A DNA stretch of 34,882 nucleotides, taken from the NCBI GenBank assembly GCA_041640655.1, contig JBEPZV010000028.1, positions 1-34,882 of the forward strand, in the 5' to 3' direction. Numbering within the stretch: position 1 is the stretch's first letter; every line of letters starts with the position of its first letter. Origin of the DNA: a bacterium (GTDB lineage Bacteria; Acidobacteriota; Blastocatellia; HR10). Positions 1-9,354 of this stretch are shown in pieces. Both the position numbers and the translations under genes were made by a program. The notes under the pieces are model-generated. The model had not been told where the DNA came from. It made no database searches and saw only the letters and a program-made list of their open reading frames with translations.

Positions 1-103
1 GCGTCTTGCGGTCGTCGGCTCGGGGCCTCCCCGTCCGGGCCTTCCGAGGTCGCAGGGGCCCGATGAAAGCCCACGGCTCATCCCTCAGCTCCCGGCATTC
101 CAT
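1..103 (-). mobile_element. IS5-family transposase N-terminus (DUF4096-like), apparently degenerate, running off the left edge
   Basis: Not in the ORF track. GGAGGTG precedes ATG at 103, and the frame reads MECRELRDEPWAFIGPLRPRKARTGRPRADDRKT, matching the IS5 N-terminal pattern eLsDeqW..I.plLP....GRPr.DdR with several non-consensus residues. Confidence 0.75.
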
Positions 104-149
104 CCTTCACCTCCGTCCCAGCCAGGGCGGGGGGTATCTTAACACGTCA

Positions 150-168
150 GGAGTTTTGAGACGAGTTC
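150..168 (-). repeat. Putative terminal inverted repeat of the IS5 element
   Basis: The minus strand reads GAACTCGTCTCAAAACTCC about 50 nt upstream of the transposase start and resembles GTCTCAAAA-type IS5 ends. The partner repeat would lie outside the window. Confidence 0.45.
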
Positions 169-282
169 ACTGTCAGAGAAGGGGAGTGCATCGCTCTGAT
201 CGGTGCGAACGGTTCGGGGAAAACGACCTTGTTGAAGCTACTTGCCGGTTTGATTCGCCTGCGTGAGGGGAAGGTGACCTGA
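160..282 (+). pseudogene. ABC-transporter ATP-binding protein fragment (Walker A region only)
   Basis: Reads [40 protein letters not shown]. It is bounded by TGA at 157-159 and 280-282 and has no plausible start before the P-loop. Confidence 0.8.
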
Positions 283-601
283 TGGCCTCGGCGTTCGTTT
301 CGGCTCTCCTGTGTACTGAGCCAACGATTTTCCCTGCCGAAATGTTCATGGTCGTGATGGTGGGACTCCCTCTGTGTACGAGCATGCAATTTTGGGCCAT
401 CTTTCGAGTCACCTCTCACACTGAGCTCTGGCGCATCCCTCGTTCGGTCTGTGCTTTCGGTCCTCTGTGCAAGCCTGCTGATCTCGCCGCTACTGATAGG
501 ACTTTTCCTGCAGAGGACGGCGCAGGAGATTGCACGCGGGGAGTAAAGGGAAGGGGGCGTGCTTCGGCTGGTTCCCCTTTGGATGGACTGAAGGGATGTG
601 T

Positions 602-3600
602 TCATCGGAGGGTGAGTTCGTAGGTGAAGGTCGGTCCTCCTTGACCTCGAATTTCGGTGAGGCGCACGAAGTAGCGGCCAAAGAGCGGAAGCGTCGTGAA
701 GGTGAGCGTGGGATCGCGCGTGTCCGACGCGACGCTCTCCTCCAGTTTCACAGTGCCGAAGAAGAGTTCGAGCTTGAGCATGGCGGGGGAGGGCGGCGTG
801 AGCGTCCGCGCTCTCACCGTGATGGTCACCGTGCGGTTGCGCTCGCTATCGAAGTAGAAGACGTCCGCGTCTCCGGCCGGATTGATCGTTCCGGCGATCG
901 GGGTATCCGGGAGCAGATGGTTCGCTTGCGCGAGGTGATCATTGGGCTCAGTTTCTTGAAGAAGGGCGGCACCGGAGAGCGTCACGGTGACACGATAGAC
1001 GTAATCGGGTCCGCCCTTGCCTTCGAAGCTGCGCACGCGGAAGAAGTAGCGGCCGTCGGCGGGGATCGTGTAGCGGAGCAGGGAGTCCGTCGAGCCGTCA
1101 GCATCGTCGTTCTCGGCCAGTTGTTGCCCGCGGCTGTCAAAGAGCGTGATGACGGTATCGAGCGGCGACGGGGGCGTGAGCGAGCGCGCGTCCACGTCAA
1201 TGAGGAGCTGTTGACCCCGCCGCGCCTCGAAGGCGAAGATGTCCACATCGCCCGTGGGATTGATCGTCCCGCTCACGGTCACGTTCGGTGTGAGGGCGTT
1301 GGCTTGGGCGAAGGCGTTATTGGGTTCCGATTCCGTCACCATCCCAGGCGGTGAGGCTGCTCCCGTCAGTGTGATGACGGCCTCATAGGTGTAGGTCGGT
1401 CCGCCTTTGGGACTGAAGTTGCGGATGCGCACGAAGTATCGTCCGGTGCGCGGGATATCGAACGTCAGCAACGAATCGAGCGAGCCACCTGCGTCATCGT
1501 TCTCGGCGAGCTGCGCCCCGTTGTTGTCAAAGAGCGTCACCACCGTATCGGCCTCAGAGGGCGGAGTGAGCGTGCGCGCGTTGATGTCCACCGTCAGCCG
1601 TTGGCCGGCGCTCGCCGTGAAGGCGAAGACGTCCACGTCGCCCGCCGGGTCGAGGCGTCCGACGAGGATGACGTCCGGAATGATCGTCTGCGCCTGCGCG
1701 AACGTGTTATTGGGCTCGGATTCGTTCAGTCGCGCGGGGGCGCCGCCGGTGAGAGTGACCGTGGCCTCGTAGGTGAAGGCCGGCCCGCCTTTGTTCGCGA
1801 AATCGCGCACGCTGAAGAAGTACCGCCCGGGGGCCGGGAGGGTGAATTCGAGCAGGGAATCGAGCTGTCCGCTCGCGCGATCGTCGTTCTCGGCGAGTTT
1901 TCGCCCGCTGCTGTCGAAGAGGGCGACAACCGTGTCGGCGGCCGAGGGGGGAGCGAGCTGCTTCGCCGCAATGTCAATGCGCACACGTTGGCCGGCGGCG
2001 GCCTGGAAACTGAAGAAATCCACATCACCCGTCGGATCGAGCACACCGCGAATCGTCGCGTTCGGCGTGATGGCGTTCGCTTGTGTGAGGGAATTATTGG
2101 GCTCGGACTCGACGATGCGGCCAGGCGGTGCTCCTCCGGCGAGGGTCACGCGCGCTCGGTAGGCGAAGGTCGGTCCGCCGCGCTGCGCGGCGTCGCGAAT
2201 CCGAAAGGCGTAGCGTCCCGTCGTGGGCAGCGTGAAGCGTAAGAGCGAATCCCGCGTATCCACCGACTCATCGTCGTTTTCGGCGAGCGGGCGCCCGTTG
2301 CTGTCGTAGAGCGTGGCGACGGTATCCGCGGGAGACCTCGGCGTGAGCGATTGCGCGTCCACATCAATGGTCACCTGTTGGCCGGCGCTCCCCTCGAAGG
2401 CGAAGACGTCCACATCGCCCATCGGAGTGAGCGTGCCGATGACGGTGACGTCGGGGAGGATGAGATTCGCCGTCGCGAGGGTGTTGTTCGGCTCCATTTC
2501 GGTGAACGTCCCGTCGCTCATCGTCTCAAGGAGAGATGTGGGCTCGGCTTCAAAGGGCGCACCCGTGCTGCTGAAACGGAAGGTGAAGACGAGCGTTGCG
2601 TCCTGTGGCCTGGGAACTGGTCCCCCTGCGCTCGTGATCTCGATCAGATAGGTCGTTCCGGCGCGCACGCTCATCGTGAGCTGGGAGGTGGCGAGGAATC
2701 CCCAATCATCATTGCACGCCAGCTCCTGAAGTGCGGGGCACGAGCCGGTGTAGACGGCGATGGCCGTGTCGTATCCGCTTCCGAGCGTGCTCAGTGTGAT
2801 CGTCCCGTCGCCTGGCGGAGTGAAGCGATACCAGACGCTCTGGCTGTTTCGTCTCCCGAACGTGCAGGACTGCGGGGGATCGGTCGCGGCTGATGTCGCC
2901 ATCCAGATGTTCACGCGATCCGTGAATGATGAGGCGGAGATCGGCGTCGCGGAGGCGCACTCATCGTTCGGCGGACGAGTGACCGTCGTGTTCAAGATGA
3001 TGTTCACGTCCTCGACGATCAGACCGGGGAAGATCGTGATGAGGGTTCGATCGTTGGGATCATCGCGATCGGATTCACCCGGACCGCTGTAGAACTCGCG
3101 TGGCGCTGGCAGCGGGGCCGGTGGATCGAGCGGGCCGACGCGTCCGGCCTCGGTGAAGCGTGGATCAATGGGCTCGATCTCGACCGTGTACGTGCCGGGA
3201 GGAAGCCCGCGAATCTCGTAGAAGCCGAGCAGATCGGGATCATCGGCGCCCACGTATCCCAGGCGGAACGGCTTGTCCGTCTTGGGGATCGTCCCAATGT
3301 GTCGGTATCCGGAGACGGTGGAGATGGCCGTGAGCTGCGGATCGTCCACTTTGCGCGCGATCACGTTGGCGCCCATGAAGCCCGCGCCGTCAGCGTAGAG
3401 GATGCGCCCGCGAATCGTCCCCGTCGTCAGGTCGAAGTCCGGGGCCGGGTAGAGGCTGGAGATCGCCGCTTGATCATCCAGATGCAGTGTGGCCCATTCC
3501 TCCACGCGGAAGCGCGAGCTGAAGACGGGGAACATCGTGGGGACGGCGCGATCGTTCTCGGGATCGGCGTCGAAAGCCGCTTCCGTGTTGAGCTGCGCGT

Positions 3601-4192
3601 GATCGAGGCCGAGGAAGTGTCCGACTTCATGCGTGAGGATTCCCCGAAGTCGCTCGGGCGTTGTGGCGAAGCGCCCGTTGATGATGATGAGCCCCTGGAG
3701 GATTTCCCGCTCCGTCATCGCAAGCAGCTGGGCCCATGCCCCCATGCGCGTGCTGCTTCCCCATCCGAGGAGGGCGTCTATGACGCTTCCATCGGAGTCG
3801 AAGATCACGGGATTGAGGCAGAGGCGTTGCTCCTGACATCGGCGCATGATCTGGTTGACGAAGGCGAGCGCATTCGCCCCGGTCACATCCACGTCCGTGA
3901 AGCCGGCCATACGGAAGCGCACGCGCGCGGTGGGCACGCTCGCCCAGGTCTGGAAGACCTGTTCGGCGAGCGCCGCTGCCTGCTCGTTCGTGAGTGGGCC
4001 AAGTGGGCCGCGATCGAGCGTGTACGGGATCGGTTGCGCGGGATTCCATCGAAACGGCACGCCCTCTCGGGTGACGGCTAAGGGGCCGCTGGCCCGAGGT
4101 TCAAAGGGCGAGAAGCGGGGCAGGACGACATGCAGGCTGAAGAGGAGGCTGAGGATGAGCGCGGCTTTGCGAGACATACGGCGAACCTCCAT
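602..4192 (-). CDS. Secreted matrixin/metzincin-type zinc metalloprotease with a carboxypeptidase-regulatory-like domain and tandem PPC-like C-terminal domains
   Basis: Signal-like N-terminus, HEVGHFLGLDH (HExxHxxGxxH), Met-turn VPTMFP, an Ig-like segment (GFYEIRGLPPGTYTVEIEP), then repeated ExEPNN...GDVD.F.F...LAENDD modules. The start could be 4177. Confidence 0.9.
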   Translation of the reverse strand: MEVRRMSRKAALILSLLFSLHVVLPRFSPFEPRASGPLAVTREGVPFRWNPAQPIPYTLDRGPLGPLTNEQAAALAEQVFQTWASVPTARVRFRMAGFTDVDVTGANALAFVNQIMRRCQEQRLCLNPVIFDSDGSVIDALLGWGSSTRMGAWAQLLAMTEREILQGLIIINGRFATTPERLRGILTHEVGHFLGLDHAQLNTEAAFDADPENDRAVPTMFPVFSSRFRVEEWATLHLDDQAAISSLYPAPDFDLTTGTIRGRILYADGAGFMGANVIARKVDDPQLTAISTVSGYRHIGTIPKTDKPFRLGYVGADDPDLLGFYEIRGLPPGTYTVEIEPIDPRFTEAGRVGPLDPPAPLPAPREFYSGPGESDRDDPNDRTLITIFPGLIVEDVNIILNTTVTRPPNDECASATPISASSFTDRVNIWMATSAATDPPQSCTFGRRNSQSVWYRFTPPGDGTITLSTLGSGYDTAIAVYTGSCPALQELACNDDWGFLATSQLTMSVRAGTTYLIEITSAGGPVPRPQDATLVFTFRFSSTGAPFEAEPTSLLETMSDGTFTEMEPNNTLATANLILPDVTVIGTLTPMGDVDVFAFEGSAGQQVTIDVDAQSLTPRSPADTVATLYDSNGRPLAENDDESVDTRDSLLRFTLPTTGRYAFRIRDAAQRGGPTFAYRARVTLAGGAPPGRIVESEPNNSLTQANAITPNATIRGVLDPTGDVDFFSFQAAAGQRVRIDIAAKQLAPPSAADTVVALFDSSGRKLAENDDRASGQLDSLLEFTLPAPGRYFFSVRDFANKGGPAFTYEATVTLTGGAPARLNESEPNNTFAQAQTIIPDVILVGRLDPAGDVDVFAFTASAGQRLTVDINARTLTPPSEADTVVTLFDNNGAQLAENDDAGGSLDSLLTFDIPRTGRYFVRIRNFSPKGGPTYTYEAVITLTGAASPPGMVTESEPNNAFAQANALTPNVTVSGTINPTGDVDIFAFEARRGQQLLIDVDARSLTPPSPLDTVITLFDSRGQQLAENDDADGSTDSLLRYTIPADGRYFFRVRSFEGKGGPDYVYRVTVTLSGAALLQETEPNDHLAQANHLLPDTPIAGTINPAGDADVFYFDSERNRTVTITVRARTLTPPSPAMLKLELFFGTVKLEESVASDTRDPTLTFTTLPLFGRYFVRLTEIRGQGGPTFTYELTLR
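605..2500 (-). repeat. Five intragenic tandem PPC-like modules of about 126-130 aa
   Basis: ExEPN starts at 2500, 2110, 1723, 1333 and 955 (spacings 390, 387, 390, 378 nt). The last module is the most diverged. Confidence 0.9.
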
Positions 4193-4194
4193 GA

Positions 4195-4779
4195 TCAGTG
4201 CCGGGCATTCACCAAGCTCGTGATGAGCGCGGCGAACGCGTCGTATTCGATGGGGCCGCGCTCGTGGCGCGCGGCGAGCACGCGTTCGGCGGCTCTGATG
4301 GACGTGCGTGGCAGATCGCGAAGGAGTTCGAGATTCTCGAACCCGTTCGCGACCAGGCGACGTTTCGTCCGTGGGTCCACGAAGATGCGGAATTTCCCGG
4401 CCGCTCCGCCGACGGGGCTCGTCAAGCCGTAGGCGCTTTCCGGATAGAGGAAGAGCACGACGTCTTCTCCCTCATGATACCTGGGGAGGTCGAACGAGCG
4501 GAACAGCTTCGAACCGCCGATTTGGAAGAAGGTGAAGCGCCCGGACGGCGCGCGCCGTCTGGCCTCACCTGTGAACGCGCGCTCGACGGTGAGCGTGACG
4601 CGCGTGATGATCACATAGGGGTACTGCGGATGCTGCTCTTCGCGAACCTCGACGATACGTCCGGCGACGATGGTGCCTGCGCTCTGGACCAGTTCGGCGA
4701 GCGTCATGGGTGCGTTTTGAGCTGGCGCTCCGAACGCCAGCGCGCTGAGGAGCGCGGGGGCGAAAGCAGCGCGTCTCAT
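4195..4779 (-). CDS. Secreted hypothetical protein (possible OB/TIMP-like fold), co-transcribed with the protease
   Basis: GGAGG precedes ATG 4779. Signal peptide MRRAAFAPALLSALAFGAPA-Q, then LAELVQSAGTIVAGRIVEV and GEDVVLFL motifs. The stop lies 2 nt before the protease start. Confidence 0.8.
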   Translation of the reverse strand: MRRAAFAPALLSALAFGAPAQNAPMTLAELVQSAGTIVAGRIVEVREEQHPQYPYVIITRVTLTVERAFTGEARRRAPSGRFTFFQIGGSKLFRSFDLPRYHEGEDVVLFLYPESAYGLTSPVGGAAGKFRIFVDPRTKRRLVANGFENLELLRDLPRTSIRAAERVLAARHERGPIEYDAFAALITSLVNARH

Positions 4780-4938
4780 AGATGGTCCTCCGACTTGAGG
4801 ATCGCTGTCTCCGGTGCGCTCGACCTGAGCGCGCATTGCGATTGGCCGACCGATACTCATTCGCATAACCGGCCCTCATCGTAGACCGGGCATCGAGCGT
4901 CGGCAAGAGGGGCGTTCTTCGGCGGGTGGGGACAGGGC

Positions 4939-4968
4939 TTGCGCGACTGCGGAAGCGGGGTCTATGAT
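4939..4968 (+). promoter_or_regulatory. Putative sigma70-type promoter
   Basis: TTGCGC (4939-4944), 18-nt spacer, TATGAT (4963-4968), 8 nt before ATG 4977. Confidence 0.45.
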
Positions 4969-4976
4969 CGAGGACG

Positions 4977-5513
4977 ATGCGACGAGCAGCCGTTCCTCAG
5001 CCGACGCCCTCTTCACCGAAGGGCCTTGTGGCGCGCGTGCGGGAGCGCGTGCGGGCGATCGAGCGCGAGATCATGGAGGAGTTCCCGGAGTGGCCGCAGT
5101 GGAAACGGCGCGTCCGACGAGGGGGGATGATCGCGTTGGCGCTCGGCCTGGGAGGGATCGCGCTCGCGCAGCTTCTCGGATGGCTCGCGCAGCAGGAGGA
5201 GATGCGGCGGCGGCTGGAGCGAGCGCGCGTCATCCAGCTCATCAGCCCGGTGAGCGAGGTGCGCGAGGAGGTCATCGAATTCGTTTGGCGGCCCTCGCCA
5301 ATCGCCGATCATTATGTCGTCGAGCTGAGCGATGTGCGGTATCGCCTGATTTGGCGGAGTCCTCCGGTGAAGGAGGTCGAGGTGCGGCTGCCCGAGGCCG
5401 TGCGTCGCGGACTGCAGCGCGGCGAGCGGTATCTCTGGCAAGTGCGCGGCTTCGATGCGCGGGGGAATGAAGTGGCCGATTCGTTCTTTGAGGAGATCCT
5501 CATCCTGCGGTGA
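4977..5513 (+). CDS. Single-pass membrane protein with a C-terminal Ig/FN3-like domain
   Basis: One hydrophobic helix (MIALALGLGGIALAQLLGWL), then an FN3-like pattern: IEFVWRP...YVVELSD...LQRGERYLWQVRGFD. Confidence 0.7.
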   Translation: MRRAAVPQPTPSSPKGLVARVRERVRAIEREIMEEFPEWPQWKRRVRRGGMIALALGLGGIALAQLLGWLAQQEEMRRRLERARVIQLISPVSEVREEVIEFVWRPSPIADHYVVELSDVRYRLIWRSPPVKEVEVRLPEAVRRGLQRGERYLWQVRGFDARGNEVADSFFEEILILR

Positions 5514-5626
5514 CGCGTGCGAATCCCTCCCAGGCGCGTCGGTCAGGTAGATGGGGGAAGGCCCTCTTTGATACCATATGTCTGCTCGAGCGTCGGAGGA
5601 CAGTTCGCGCGATCGTGGGGTGGGAC

Positions 5627-6244
5627 ATGAGCGGACGCCTGTGGAGGAGGGTCGGCCTCGCTCTGGTCGTGATCGGAGCGTTCCTGATGGGCGTGTGGGC
5701 GCGCGGCGAGCTTTCACCCGGTGAGGCGCGGCGGTTGATCGCGACCGTGGGTGGGATTCGGCTCCCCAAGGAGAATGTGCACATTCGTCGGATGGATACC
5801 CTCGGCGGGCGCGATGCCGTCGTGGAGGCGTTCGTCCTGACGGCGTTCAAGTTCACGCGACGCGATGATCGGTGGGAGATCACCGAGGTGCGCGTCGGAG
5901 ATCGAGAGTGGGAGAGCGTCGAGCTGGTGACGACGGCTGTGCGCGCAGAGAAGATTCGGCGCACGATCGCCGATCTGCGCGAGGTCGCCACGGCCTTGGA
6001 AGCGTTTCGCCAAGAGCGCGGCTTCTATCCCCAGGTCGGGGATTTCCCGGCTCTGGTGGATCATCTGGTGCCGACATATTTGACGCGGGTGATCCGCGAG
6101 GATTGGTGGCATCACCCGCTTCGCTACGTGGTCACCGCGAGGGGGTATCGCCTGGAGTCCTGGGGGCCCGATGGGAAGCCGGATACCGGCGATGAGATCA
6201 TCATCGAGAACGGGGAAGTCACGGCTCCGCGTCCCGCGTCGTGA
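5627..6244 (+). CDS. Membrane-anchored protein with a C-terminal GspG (T2SS pseudopilin)-like domain
   Basis: TIADLREVATALEAFRQERGFYP...DWWHHPLRY...YRLESWGPDGKPDTGDEI matches the GspG C-terminal pattern. Start placed at MSGRLWRR. Confidence 0.8.
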   Translation: MSGRLWRRVGLALVVIGAFLMGVWARGELSPGEARRLIATVGGIRLPKENVHIRRMDTLGGRDAVVEAFVLTAFKFTRRDDRWEITEVRVGDREWESVELVTTAVRAEKIRRTIADLREVATALEAFRQERGFYPQVGDFPALVDHLVPTYLTRVIREDWWHHPLRYVVTARGYRLESWGPDGKPDTGDEIIIENGEVTAPRPAS

Positions 6245-6255
6245 GGAAGGCGGCC

Positions 6256-6723
6256 ATGGATGAGCTGAGACATTTCGAGATGCGCCATCGGCTCGCCGTG
6301 CTGATCCATACGGCCTTGATCTCAAGCGGGCTCCTCGCGTTTCTGGTGAGCTACCTCCTCAGCCAGAGAATGGGCATCCCCGTCGGGGAGCAGGTGACGT
6401 TGCGGCGGGCGATCTATGGATCGGCTTTCGTCGTGAGCATCGGGGTGATTCTCTTGCGCCGATGGGTGCTGAGCGCCGGGCGATTGGGGCGTATTGCGGA
6501 GACGCGAGGGGTTGAGGGGGTCATCGAGCATCTGCGGCGGGCGACGCTCCTTTTGGGCGTTGCGAGCGAAGCGGTGGTGATGCTGGGACTGGTGTTGAGC
6601 GTGCTCACGCGGGTGTTCGAGGACATGTGGCGCCTGGGGGGGATCGGCATGGTCCTGCTCCTTTACACCTATCCGTGGCGCTCGGTGTGGCGTCGTGGGA
6701 TCGAGCGCGCGCGTCGGGTATAG
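6256..6723 (+). CDS. Hypothetical integral membrane protein (about 4 TM helices)
   Basis: Four hydrophobic segments, GAGGAAGG before ATG 6256, tightly packed between its neighbours. Confidence 0.75.
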   Translation: MDELRHFEMRHRLAVLIHTALISSGLLAFLVSYLLSQRMGIPVGEQVTLRRAIYGSAFVVSIGVILLRRWVLSAGRLGRIAETRGVEGVIEHLRRATLLLGVASEAVVMLGLVLSVLTRVFEDMWRLGGIGMVLLLYTYPWRSVWRRGIERARRV

Positions 6724-6727
6724 GGGG

Positions 6728-8758
6728 ATGAGGATGGGGCAGTTGTCACACGGGGTACATCGGAGGGCCATCGCTGCGCTCGGCCTCGCGCTGCTGTGGG
6801 GAGGTGCAGCAGGGGCGACTCAAGTGATCCTCAAGGGGAGATCGGCGGCTCCCCGGGAGCTGCGCGAGGAGCCGAAGCGGAAGCCTCGGGTCGAAGCGCT
6901 GCTGACCTATGGCGAGGCCATGCGCGCGGCCATGCGGGGTGATTACATGCGCGCGCTCGATCTGTTTCGGCGCGTGACCGCGCTTGATCCGGCAGCGCCG
7001 CAGCCTCATGTGGCGATGGCGGAGCTGTACTATCAGCTTCGGAATCATCCGCAGGCGCGACGCGAGGCGGAGTTGGCCTTGGAACTGAATCCACGCGAGG
7101 TCGGCGCACACCGCATTCTGGGGCGTTTGCTTCGGGAAGAAGCGCTCGCGACCCGCGATCGGGAGAAGGCGCGGCGGGCGGTCGAGGCGTTTCGGAAGGT
7201 CGTGGCCGAGGATGATCTGGACATCGAGGCGTGGCAGTCGCTGGCGCAGCTCTATGCGTTTTTGGAGGACACGGAGGGGCTGAAAGAGGCGCTCGAGCGC
7301 TGGACCGGCGGTGATCCGACGGCTGATGAGGCGTTCTATCGGCTGGCGCTGATCTACTTCGATCGGCGGCAATATCGGCAGGCGGCGGAGAATGCGGCGC
7401 GCGCGTTGATGACTCAGCCGGAATCGGAGTATGCGATCCTGCTGGCGAAATCGCTCCTCTATCAAGGGCACACGACCGAGGCGCTGCAGGTGTATCGCGA
7501 GGCTCTCGATCGCGATCCGAGCAACAGCGAGCTGCGGATCAATTATGCGGAGGCGCTCATCTTCTCGGGCCGATACGACGAGGCCATTGAGATCCTGGGG
7601 CGTATCCTCACCGAACAGCCGCGCAATCTGGAAGCCTTGCGCTTGACGGCGCAAGCGCATCGTCGGGCGGGACGTCGCGCGGAGGCCATCGAGACCTTGA
7701 AGCGGGCGCTCACGGACAGCGCGCCCGACGAGAGTTTGAACGTGCGCTTCGTCCTGGCGCAGACCTATGAGGAGGTCGGGCAGGTAGATGAAGCCATTGC
7801 GACTTACGAGGAGATCTTGAAGGCCTTGCTCGCTCCCGACGGCACAGTGCCCGAGCGTCATCGAGAGGCCGTCGAGATGGTCTTGACGAACATGGCGCTG
7901 GCCTATCGGCACGCGGGACGGCGCGCGGAAGCGTTCCGCATCTTGGAACGAATGCGGCGCGTGCTGGGAGAGAAGAATCCTCGGGCGGACCTGCTCACTG
8001 TGGACACCTTCCGCGAGGAGCGCGATTTCGAGGCGATGCTCGCGCATGCGCAGGAGGCGGCCCGGCGATATCCCGAGGAGCGGCGGTTTCGCTTGCTGCA
8101 GGCGCAGGCGCTTGGGCGGCTGGGGCGCATCGAGGAAGCCCTGCGGCTTCTGGACAGCTTGCTCACCGGGCTCAGCGAGGACATCGAAGTGCTTTCGACG
8201 AAAGCGCTGGTGCTCAGCGATGCCGAGCGGTACGCGGAGGCCGAGGCCGTCGTGCAAGAGGCCTTGCGGCGCGATCCGCGCAACAACGGATTGCTCATTC
8301 AATTGAGTCTGATCCAAGAGCGATTGGGGCGCTTCGCCGAAGCTGAGGCCGCGTTGCGACAGGTCTTGGAACGCGATGCTGATAATGCGACGGCGCTCAA
8401 TAACCTCGGCTACTATCTGGCCGAGCGGGGCGAACGATTGGACGAGGCGCTGGAGCTCATCCGTCGCGCTGTGAATATTGAGCCGACCAATGGCGCGTTC
8501 CTCGACAGCTTGGGCTGGGTCTATTTCCAGTTGGGGAATCTCGATGAAGCTGAGCGGTATCTGGAGCAGGCGGTACTCTATCAGCCGCGCGATGCGACGA
8601 TTCACGAGCACTTGGGTGACCTCCATCAGCGGCGGGGTCGGCTCGATCAAGCGCTTCGCGCGTACGAGCGCGCCTTGCAACTGGCCACCGAGTCGCGCGA
8701 GCGCGAGCGCCTTCAGCAGAAGCTGGAGAAGTTACGACAGGTGAAGGGGCAGAAGTAG
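6728..8758 (+). CDS. Exported tetratricopeptide-repeat protein
   Basis: Signal peptide, many TPR helical repeats, and C-terminal ALNNLGYYLAERGERLDEA...FLDSLGWVYFQLG typical of TPR proteins found upstream of ispE. Confidence 0.9.
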   Translation: MRMGQLSHGVHRRAIAALGLALLWGGAAGATQVILKGRSAAPRELREEPKRKPRVEALLTYGEAMRAAMRGDYMRALDLFRRVTALDPAAPQPHVAMAELYYQLRNHPQARREAELALELNPREVGAHRILGRLLREEALATRDREKARRAVEAFRKVVAEDDLDIEAWQSLAQLYAFLEDTEGLKEALERWTGGDPTADEAFYRLALIYFDRRQYRQAAENAARALMTQPESEYAILLAKSLLYQGHTTEALQVYREALDRDPSNSELRINYAEALIFSGRYDEAIEILGRILTEQPRNLEALRLTAQAHRRAGRRAEAIETLKRALTDSAPDESLNVRFVLAQTYEEVGQVDEAIATYEEILKALLAPDGTVPERHREAVEMVLTNMALAYRHAGRRAEAFRILERMRRVLGEKNPRADLLTVDTFREERDFEAMLAHAQEAARRYPEERRFRLLQAQALGRLGRIEEALRLLDSLLTGLSEDIEVLSTKALVLSDAERYAEAEAVVQEALRRDPRNNGLLIQLSLIQERLGRFAEAEAALRQVLERDADNATALNNLGYYLAERGERLDEALELIRRAVNIEPTNGAFLDSLGWVYFQLGNLDEAERYLEQAVLYQPRDATIHEHLGDLHQRRGRLDQALRAYERALQLATESRERERLQQKLEKLRQVKGQK

Positions 8759-8799
8759 CGCCCCGCTTGTCGGACAGGACGCGTGAGGCTCGTGGGACG

Positions 8800-9354
8800 A
8801 TGCGCAGAGGATGGGGAGGGCGTCAGCGAATCGCTCTCGGGCTCAGCCTGGCCTTATCGGGGGCGATCGTCTTCTCTGACTATGGGCTCACGGCTGGGGC
8901 GCGTCTCCGCACCGTTGAGAGGCCTCGCTCGGAGCGCATCGAGTGGATGCGATTTCCACCGGCGCAGTTGGAGTGGTGGATCTTCGAGGAGGTCAATCGG
9001 GAGCGAGCGCAGCGCCATCTGCCTCCGCTTGCGTGGGATGCGCTGTTGGCCGAGATCGCGCGTCAGCACAGTTGGGATATGGCCGTGCGGGGATTCTTCG
9101 GCCACGTCACGCCCGAGGGGGTGGATGTGGAGACGCGCCTGCGGCAGCGTGGCATTGGGCGATACCGCTCGGTGGCCGAGAATCTCGCCCTCAATTTCGA
9201 TCCCATCTATCCGGTGGGGACGACGATCCATCAGTGGATGATGAGCCCCGGGCATAAGCGGAACATCCTCGGGCCGTTCCGATACACGGGAGTTGGAGTG
9301 GCTCTCGCCCCGAGTGGGGCCTATTACATCACGCAAATCTTTCTGGATCGGTGA
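8800..9354 (+). CDS. CAP (SCP-like, YkwD-type) domain protein
   Basis: VNRERAQRHLPPLAWD, ARQHSWDM, FFGH, AENLA, WMMSPGHKRNIL, GVGV and YITQIF motifs, with an N-terminal hydrophobic anchor. Confidence 0.9.
   Translation: MRRGWGGRQRIALGLSLALSGAIVFSDYGLTAGARLRTVERPRSERIEWMRFPPAQLEWWIFEEVNRERAQRHLPPLAWDALLAEIARQHSWDMAVRGFFGHVTPEGVDVETRLRQRGIGRYRSVAENLALNFDPIYPVGTTIHQWMMSPGHKRNILGPFRYTGVGVALAPSGAYYITQIFLDR

Noticed and set aside
282..623. 113-aa ORF overlapping the ABC fragment stop (TGATG)
   Set aside because: No SD or recognisable motif, and it overlaps the convergent protease end. Treated as part of the decayed region.
6746..8680. 644-aa minus-strand ORF
   Set aside because: Antisense shadow of the TPR gene, expected with GC-rich codon bias, and has no motifs.
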